From an uncultured Acidobacteriota bacterium (GTDB lineage Bacteria > Acidobacteriota > Vicinamibacteria > Vicinamibacterales > UBA8438), in contig CAJWLU010000005.1 in NCBI GenBank assembly GCA_913043225.1, positions 32,001-96,000 on the forward strand: a stretch of DNA of 64,000 bases, in the 5' to 3' direction. The notes beneath the pieces were generated by a model. The model made no database searches, was not told where the DNA came from, and saw only the letters and a program-made list of their open reading frames with translations. A program made the position numbers and the translations under genes. How positions within the stretch are numbered: position 1 is the first letter of the stretch; every line of letters begins with the position of its first letter. Of the stretch, positions 57,797 to 64,000 are shown one piece after another.

Positions 57797-58761
57797 GCCG
57801 TGGTCTCTGGTACGGCGTGGCCGCCCAAATGGTCTGGGGGCTGTCGCCGCTCTACTGGAGGCAACTCGCCGAGATTCCACCGCCCGTCCTGATCGCCCAC
57901 CGCATCGTCTGGTCTCTGGTGACCCTCATCGTTCTGCTGCTAGCAACGCGTTCGCTGCCCTCGCGCGCACAGGTGCTGCAGGCAACGACGGTAAAGACCT
58001 ACCCGCTGGCCAGCATCCTGATCGCCATCAACTGGTTGACCTACGTGTGGGCGGTGACCGCGGGCCACATCATCGAGGCGAGCCTGGGCTACTTCGTCAC
58101 GCCGCTGGTCAGTGTGGCCCTCGGCGTGCTGGTGCTGGGCGAGCGCTTACGACCGGCGCAATGGACGGCAGTCGGCATCGCGACTACCGGCCTGGCGCTG
58201 CTGACATGGTTTACCGGCGCTCTACCATGGATTGCACTCGTGTTGGCGAGCAGCTTCGGCGTGTACGGGCTACTCAAGAAGCGGGGCCCACTAGCCGCAC
58301 TGGACGGGCTGTCGATCGAGACCGGCCTCCTCTGCATCCCGGCGGCGACCGTAATTGCCTGGGGCGGCCTGGGAGATACGTCGGCGCTACAAATAGGCTG
58401 GGTCGGACTGCTGTTGCTGGGGACGACCGGCGTGATGACCGTACTGCCGCTAGCGCTGTTCACCGCCAGCGTGCGACGGATCCCGCTGGCTTACGCGGGC
58501 CTTACCCAGTATCTGGCGCCGAGCCTGCAGTTTCTGCTGGGGGTGTTTGTCTACAAGGAACCGTTCGGCGCCGCGCAGATCGGCGGCTACGCCCTCGTCT
58601 GGACGGCCGTGCTCGTCTTCGCCAGAGAGGGCCTCCTGGCTCGACGCCTCAAGGCAACGACGGGTGACATTAGGGCGCGACTTCCGCATCGACCAGTCGC
58701 GCGATCGCCGCTAGCGTCGTCTGAGCCGCATTCAGACCCAGCCGGAAGTCGTCGTCGGTAA
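57793..58761 (+). CDS. rarD: EamA/DMT transporter RarD
   Basis: WGLSPLYW, AHRIVWS, NWLTYVWAV, EASLGYF, QYLAPSLQFLLGV; GTGA overlap with the kinase stop. Confidence 0.9.
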   Translation: MSRGLWYGVAAQMVWGLSPLYWRQLAEIPPPVLIAHRIVWSLVTLIVLLLATRSLPSRAQVLQATTVKTYPLASILIAINWLTYVWAVTAGHIIEASLGYFVTPLVSVALGVLVLGERLRPAQWTAVGIATTGLALLTWFTGALPWIALVLASSFGVYGLLKKRGPLAALDGLSIETGLLCIPAATVIAWGGLGDTSALQIGWVGLLLLGTTGVMTVLPLALFTASVRRIPLAYAGLTQYLAPSLQFLLGVFVYKEPFGAAQIGGYALVWTAVLVFAREGLLARRLKATTGDIRARLPHRPVARSPLASSEPHSDPAGSRRR

Positions 58762-59932
58762 AGGTGACATACAAGTCGGTCGGCTGGTGCCAGTGCGGAT
58801 CCCAACCCGCCCCGATATGCATCCCCCGCTCGTTCTCCCGTAGGCTGATCGCTGGCGTAACGTTCATGAAAGGCGTCGAGTCCGTGTTGGTCATGTGCGG
58901 CCCGACCGCGGCGGGATAGTCGGTGGCATACATATCGTTGGCGGCCTTGAAAACGAACGCCAGATCCCGCGAGGCCTCGGCCAACTCGGAATTCTCCTGA
59001 AACTCGATATTGACGTCCGCTTCGGGACGCTGATCGCGGCTAACTTCCCCATCCGGCCCCGGCGCCCCATGGTCGAACAGCATCATGTCGTGCTGGATCA
59101 TGCCTAGCCAGCGCGGCTCGGGATAACGCCCCGACCCGGGTGGATCTTCCAACCCTTGTCGTTCTCGCCGCTGCTCGACGTAGGCGCGACTCCCATTCAA
59201 CCCGGTCTCCTCGTTGTTCCAGAGGGCAAAACGAACCGAACGGGTGGTCTGTACGTCGGGCGCACTAAAGATACGGGCCAGTTCCATGACGATGGCGGTG
59301 CCAGAACCGTCATCGTTGGCGGCCTCGCCGAACCCGTGCCCGTCCATGTGCGCACCGATGATGTACATCTCGTCCGGATTCGTCGTCCCGACCTTGGTAC
59401 AGTAGACCTCAGACCGTGGCCCGTTCGTCGGTTCCTCCCGGTTGAGTTCGCGGAGCCGCTCATCCGGCTGCCTCATTGGGTCACGCACCACGCCGGTCCG
59501 CCGCCGGAAGCCGAAGATCGAACTCCCGCCAGGCCCGTACCCGTTGCGTCCTACACGTCCACCGGTCGGTGTCGGCTCGGTCGGGTTGAGCGGCGGACGG
59601 GCCCCGGACGGACGACGCCCGCTGGGGCGACGCGGCGCCGGCTCGTAGGTGTAGTGGAGCCGTTCGGTCGAACATCCGACGTCTGCGAGCCACGCTTCGA
59701 TCCAGTCCACGGCATCCCGGTTCCGCTGGGTACCCTGGCGGCGATCGCCGAACCGAGTCAATTCCTTGATGGTGGCCTTGTAGCGCTCGAGATCGAGGCG
59801 GGCCACGAGGGCTTGCACGGTCGGGTCCGGCTCAGTGCGACCCTGCGCCCGACCTTGAGGTGTCGACAACCCCACCAGTGCGGCAGTGGTCACCAACAGC
59901 ATCGCCCTGAGCAATGTCATCGGATTCTCCAT
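58670..59932 (-). CDS. Secreted M28 family peptidase
   Basis: GAHMDG, ANDDGSG, NEETGLNGS, DM, WHQPTD. Confidence 0.88.
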   Translation of the reverse strand: MENPMTLLRAMLLVTTAALVGLSTPQGRAQGRTEPDPTVQALVARLDLERYKATIKELTRFGDRRQGTQRNRDAVDWIEAWLADVGCSTERLHYTYEPAPRRPSGRRPSGARPPLNPTEPTPTGGRVGRNGYGPGGSSIFGFRRRTGVVRDPMRQPDERLRELNREEPTNGPRSEVYCTKVGTTNPDEMYIIGAHMDGHGFGEAANDDGSGTAIVMELARIFSAPDVQTTRSVRFALWNNEETGLNGSRAYVEQRRERQGLEDPPGSGRYPEPRWLGMIQHDMMLFDHGAPGPDGEVSRDQRPEADVNIEFQENSELAEASRDLAFVFKAANDMYATDYPAAVGPHMTNTDSTPFMNVTPAISLRENERGMHIGAGWDPHWHQPTDLYVTFTDDDFRLGLNAAQTTLAAIARLVDAEVAP

Positions 59933-59977
59933 CGGCCAGACCGCACCGGCGAGAAGCCCGGCCTGACGGCGTGTGGC

Positions 59978-61051
59978 CTAGGCGATACCCGCTCCCAACA
60001 CACCTACGTAAACCGAGTACAGCGATTGGCTTGCCGTCATAAACAACCGGTTGCGGCGGGTGCCGCCAAAGCAGACGTTGGCGCACCGCTCGGGAAGCCG
60101 GATGGCACCGATCATGTCGCCGTCCGGGGCAGTCACGATGACCCCATTTCCGGCGCCGGCCCAGACATTGCCGTCCACATCGCACCGGATCCCGTCAGCC
60201 GCGATCAACTGGTCGGTGCCGGGGGCGCGAAGCTCGGCATGCCGGCGGCCGTTGCGCAGCCGCGGGCCGTCGACGTCGAAGACCCGGATCTCACGACCGG
60301 AGCCGGTGTCGGCAACATACAGCCGACTGTAGTCTGGCGAAAAGCAGAGACCGTTCGGCCCGCCTGGTTCATCGGTAACCAGCACCGCCACTCCACTTTG
60401 CGGATCCACACGATATACCGCGGGCGGCGTCTCCGACTCGGCCCGAAACCCCTCGTAATCGCCCCGGATGCCGTAGGGCGGATCAGTGAACCAGATGCTC
60501 CCGTCAGGGTGCACGACCGCGTCGTTGGGCGAATTCAACCGCTTGCCGTCGTAGCGGTCGACGATGGTTGTCACGTCGCCGTTCTGCTCATAGCGGGCAA
60601 CCCGGCGCCCGCCATGCTCACACGAGATCTGGCGTCCCTCGCGGTCGAACGTGTTGCCGTTGCTGTGCCCAGACGGGCTGCGGAAAACGGTGACCCTGCC
60701 GTCGTCCTGAAGCCAGCGATGCTGCACGTTGTTGGGAATGTCGCTCCAGACCAAGTACTGCCCCACTCCGTTCCAGGCCGGCCCCTCAGCCCACATCGTC
60801 CCGATGTGCAGGCGCTTGATCGGCGTATTGAACAGGATGTAGCGACGAAAACGCTGATCGAGCGCGATCAGGTCCGGATCCGGATAGGACAGCGGCGACC
60901 GCCCCGACCAGTCCCTCGGCTCGTATGGAGGAATGTCTGGCGCTTGCTGCCAGGCGCGGAGCGGCGCCACCACGCCGCTCGCCACCGCAGTGCCCAGGAA
61001 AGCTCGCCGACTCCAGGGTCCGGAGATGCTGTCCTGCGTGCGTTCTGCCAT
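59978..61051 (-). CDS. Tat-exported SMP-30/gluconolactonase family protein
   Basis: SRRAFLG; WAEGPAW, LNSPND, FTDPPYG, PNGLCFSPD, ADGIRCDVDGN. Confidence 0.92.
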   Translation of the reverse strand: MAERTQDSISGPWSRRAFLGTAVASGVVAPLRAWQQAPDIPPYEPRDWSGRSPLSYPDPDLIALDQRFRRYILFNTPIKRLHIGTMWAEGPAWNGVGQYLVWSDIPNNVQHRWLQDDGRVTVFRSPSGHSNGNTFDREGRQISCEHGGRRVARYEQNGDVTTIVDRYDGKRLNSPNDAVVHPDGSIWFTDPPYGIRGDYEGFRAESETPPAVYRVDPQSGVAVLVTDEPGGPNGLCFSPDYSRLYVADTGSGREIRVFDVDGPRLRNGRRHAELRAPGTDQLIAADGIRCDVDGNVWAGAGNGVIVTAPDGDMIGAIRLPERCANVCFGGTRRNRLFMTASQSLYSVYVGVLGAGIA

Positions 61052-61199
61052 GGTGTGCTGTTCCTTCCGCCGGAGGGCGATGTCGTGTGAACTGACGCGA
61101 TTATAGCTCCGCCTCGATCGCTGGTCGCCGCGCTGGGCGAGCCCGTGCCTAAGGCCGCATTACCGCTATGCGGCGTCCGTGGCCTCCTGCAGCCGACCG

Positions 61200-62555
61200 C
61201 TACTCTTCGGCGATGCGATACAGCTTGGTGGCCGTCCGAATGATCAGGCTATCGCGAGCGATGGCCGGCGTCGAGAGCGTCATCTCGTCAAGCGTGTTAC
61301 GCCCCAGGACCGAGAACTCCGGACCGGCTTGGATCACGAACGTGTCGCCATCCTCGCTAAGGGCGAAGAGCTTGTCGTTGTAGGCCCACGGCGACGCGCT
61401 GAAGAGCGTGCCGGCGGTGATACGGCGCCGCTCGTAGACCTCGGCGCCTGTGCGAGCGTCGTACGCCATCATGATGCCGCGATCGAGCAAGGTGTAGTGG
61501 GTGTCGCCGTAGACGATCGACGACGGGTTGTAGGACCCGAGTTGCGGGTGCGACCAGACGATGTAGTCGTTGCTGTTCGTGCCCTCGGGCAAGGTGATGT
61601 CGCCGCTGGCGCCAGGCCGGATAGCGTAGACCGGCCGGCTGTCGTCGGCGACATATCCAGAATTAATGAACAACAGGCCGTGCTCGGAGAACGGAGTCGG
61701 AATAACCAGCGACGACATCCCGGTCAAGCTCCAGAGCAGCACGCCGTCAAGGCTGTAGGATCGCACGCCGTCCCGCCCCGTAGTGACGAGCTCCGTACGC
61801 ACGTCGTTCGCCCACACGAACGGCGTCGACCAGTTCGATGCCTCCTCGCGGTCTGTTCTCCAGAGTTCGTCGCCCGTGGCGGCATCGAACGACGCCACCC
61901 ACGACTCCTCCTCGCTGTCGTTCACGACATACAGCCGTCCTTCATGGAGCACAGGCGAGCTCGCCGCACCCCACTCCCTCCGCGGCAGCCAGTCGAACTC
62001 CTTCGCCCACACGACCTCGCCCTCGAAGTCGACGGCGTAGAGACCAATGTCGGCCATATAGACATAGACCCGCTCTCCATCGGTGATCGGGGTCTCCGAG
62101 GCGAACGTACTCTTCTGATGGGTAGGCAGCGACGGGATGGCCTCGTGCAGGGTGCGCTCCCAGCGCACCGCACCCGTCTCGAAATCCACGTCATAAAGCG
62201 ACCACCGGAGCGGCGCGTCTAGTTCGGTGATGTTGGAGCCCGTCATGGCCCCCCCGAGGGAACGCGCCCGGTAGTTCTCTACCGGCTGGATCTCGACTTC
62301 GGGTCCTGTCGCAGCCGTCGACGTGAGCACGAAGACATGGTCGCCCCATACAATGGGCGACGCCCACCCACGTCCAGGCATGTCGATTTCCCACGCGATG
62401 TTCTCGTCCGGCCCCCACGATTCAGGCAGTCGCGGATTGTCGGCTACTACTCCAGCACGCTCGCCGCGGAATTGGGGCCAGTTGTCCTGCGCGTTGCCGG
62501 CGGTGGCAAACACGCTCACAATCCCCAGGACGAACACGGTCGGACGGATCCTCAT
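61200..62555 (-). CDS. PQQ-like (BamB-type) beta-propeller repeat protein
   Basis: NWPQFRG, GWASPIVWGDHVF, ASETPITDGERVY, ASSPVL. Confidence 0.85.
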   Translation of the reverse strand: MRIRPTVFVLGIVSVFATAGNAQDNWPQFRGERAGVVADNPRLPESWGPDENIAWEIDMPGRGWASPIVWGDHVFVLTSTAATGPEVEIQPVENYRARSLGGAMTGSNITELDAPLRWSLYDVDFETGAVRWERTLHEAIPSLPTHQKSTFASETPITDGERVYVYMADIGLYAVDFEGEVVWAKEFDWLPRREWGAASSPVLHEGRLYVVNDSEEESWVASFDAATGDELWRTDREEASNWSTPFVWANDVRTELVTTGRDGVRSYSLDGVLLWSLTGMSSLVIPTPFSEHGLLFINSGYVADDSRPVYAIRPGASGDITLPEGTNSNDYIVWSHPQLGSYNPSSIVYGDTHYTLLDRGIMMAYDARTGAEVYERRRITAGTLFSASPWAYNDKLFALSEDGDTFVIQAGPEFSVLGRNTLDEMTLSTPAIARDSLIIRTATKLYRIAEE

Positions 62556-62621
62556 GGAACGCTCCTCAAGAACGAGACATCTGCCGGGAAGCCGGCAGTT
62601 TTGAAGGTATTCTACCCGCCG

Positions 62622-63770
62622 ATGCCGCCAGTCTCACGCCCTCGCAGCCACTGGCTCGCTCTGGGCACTGCTTTCCTGTTGACGTCGGTCGCGGCCGACG
62701 CCCAACCGTCGTCCGGTACCCATCACGTGCGGTCGCGCCCAGACACAGTCAGCTGGGGCTGGTTTCCGCTGGACAAGGCGCCGGTGCTCACCATCGAATC
62801 CGGCGAGACGGTGACCATCGACACGATCAGCCACGCCGGGTCGACACAGCCAGAATCTCCGGAGACCTCACTCGCCGCTCTTGGAGTGCAACCGGACGAG
62901 ATCCTGCCCGACGTGCTCGCATTCTGGCAATCGCGCAACAATCGCCCGCGGGAAGGGCGCAGCGGACACGTCATCACCGGACCGATCGCGATCGCCGGCG
63001 CGGAGCCTGGCGACGTCCTCGAGGTCCAGGTCCTCGCCCTCACCCCCCGTGTACCCTGGGGCATCAACAGCACCGGCCCGACGAGCGGCGTCTACGGACA
63101 GAGCTACCCCGGCTCACGACCAACCGACCGGATACGGGAGGAAGTCGAGGCGGCCCAGCACCTGTATCGCACCCGCAGTGTCGACGGTGACCTCGTCGCC
63201 GTAGTCTCCGAGACCATCCATGTGCCGCTGACGCCGTTCATGGGCATCATGGCGGTGGCACCAGATCCGGTACTCGGTGAACCGGGGGTCACCGTATCCG
63301 GTGTCCAGGCATCGCGTCCGCCGGGTCGCTTTGGCGGCAACATGGACGTGAAGGACCTCGGGGTGGGCAGCACGCTATACCTACCGGTACTGCAGCCCGG
63401 GGGACTGTTCTATGTCGGCGATCCACACTCAGCGCAAGGTGACGGTGAGGTCAGCGGCACCGCGATCGAGCAGTCCCTGACCGGCCGATTCCGTTTCGTC
63501 CTGCACAAGGATGAACCGTTGACGATGCCAAGGGCCGAAACCGACACCCACTACATCTTGATGGGGATCGACCTGGACCTGGACCGCGCCCTCCAGCAGG
63601 CCGTCGACGAGGTCGTGGCGTTCCTGGTGGCCGTCGAGGGCCTGACTGCAACCGAAGCCACCTCCCTCGCGAGTATCGCTGTCGACTTCCAGATTGCCGA
63701 AGCCGTCGACCTGACCCAGCTCGTTACCGGAAAGATCCCCAAGCGCATTTTCCTGGAGGAGCCCCAATGA
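62622..63770 (+). CDS. Secreted acetamidase/formamidase family protein
   Basis: GHVITGPIAIAGAEPGDVLEV, GGNMD, GDPHSAQGDGEVSGTAIE; N-terminal signal. Confidence 0.9.
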   Translation: MPPVSRPRSHWLALGTAFLLTSVAADAQPSSGTHHVRSRPDTVSWGWFPLDKAPVLTIESGETVTIDTISHAGSTQPESPETSLAALGVQPDEILPDVLAFWQSRNNRPREGRSGHVITGPIAIAGAEPGDVLEVQVLALTPRVPWGINSTGPTSGVYGQSYPGSRPTDRIREEVEAAQHLYRTRSVDGDLVAVVSETIHVPLTPFMGIMAVAPDPVLGEPGVTVSGVQASRPPGRFGGNMDVKDLGVGSTLYLPVLQPGGLFYVGDPHSAQGDGEVSGTAIEQSLTGRFRFVLHKDEPLTMPRAETDTHYILMGIDLDLDRALQQAVDEVVAFLVAVEGLTATEATSLASIAVDFQIAEAVDLTQLVTGKIPKRIFLEEPQ

Positions 63771-64000
63771 GACGCAGTCTGCCCCTCGGCCTGCTGGCCA
63801 CCATCGCCATCCTGACCGTGGCGCTGGTCCCTGGCGCAGCCCAGGAGGATCACGCGGTCACCATCCAGTCAATGGACGTCCGCGAGAACCTTTACGTTAT
63901 CAGCGGCGGCGGCGGCCACACCGCGGCGCTGATAACAGAGGACCACGGAGTGGTGATCGTCGACACGAAACTGGCTGGCTGGGGTCAGTCGATCATCGAC
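63767..64000 (+). CDS. Secreted MBL-fold metallo-hydrolase (5' part only)
   Basis: Manual translation MRRSLPLGLLATIAIL...ENLYVISGGGGHTAALITEDHGVVIVDTK; ATGA overlap with the acetamidase stop. Confidence 0.7.
   Translation, partial: MRRSLPLGLLATIAILTVALVPGAAQEDHAVTIQSMDVRENLYVISGGGGHTAALITEDHGVVIVDTKLAGWGQSIID

Noticed and set aside
58670..58761. 92-bp convergent overlap of rarD and the M28 gene
   Set aside because: The rarD tail beyond the last TM helix looks like non-conserved run-on; common in GC-rich genomes
59156..61090. 644-aa + strand ORF
   Set aside because: Antisense shadow of the M28 peptidase and gluconolactonase genes; no motifs; typical high-GC artefact, as are most other overlapping ORFs in the track
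1..64000. tRNA, rRNA, IS elements, prophage, defence systems
   Set aside because: No recognisable sequences or protein motifs seen by eye; tRNAscan-SE, ISEScan and DefenseFinder were not run

Overview
GC-rich bacterial chromosomal segment with about 52 densely packed CDSs. I saw no rRNA, tRNA, CRISPR array, integrase or transposase. Most proteins carry Sec, Tat or lipoprotein signals. The gene content (ASPIC/UnbV, TPR-multiheme, DUF6152-like, many PQQ-type propellers) suggests Acidobacteriota such as Vicinamibacteria; this is inference only. Highlights: (1) a complete gcdD-gcdB-gcdC-acd-gcdA operon for a Na+-pumping glutaconyl-CoA decarboxylase plus a non-decarboxylating glutaryl-CoA dehydrogenase, including a 44-aa delta subunit missed by the ORF track; this is known mainly from strict anaerobes. 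(2) Six dispersed paralogs of an uncharacterised secreted family (PDLxGxW...RC...GxWEGDTLVVxTTNF...EYACHE); one sits in a run with a His-His N-terminal DUF6152-like protein, a four-His PepSY-TM protein and an outer-membrane barrel, next to a class II cytochrome c, forming a candidate undescribed periplasmic metal/redox system. (3) A membrane-anchored pentaheme-TPR / UnbV / Sel1 operon and an RnfD/UnbU-like membrane protein with a Cys-less FGE partner. (4) An orphan Rap1a-like immunity gene. Family calls come from motif recognition by eye, not database searches; several starts were moved from the ORF track to more plausible codons.
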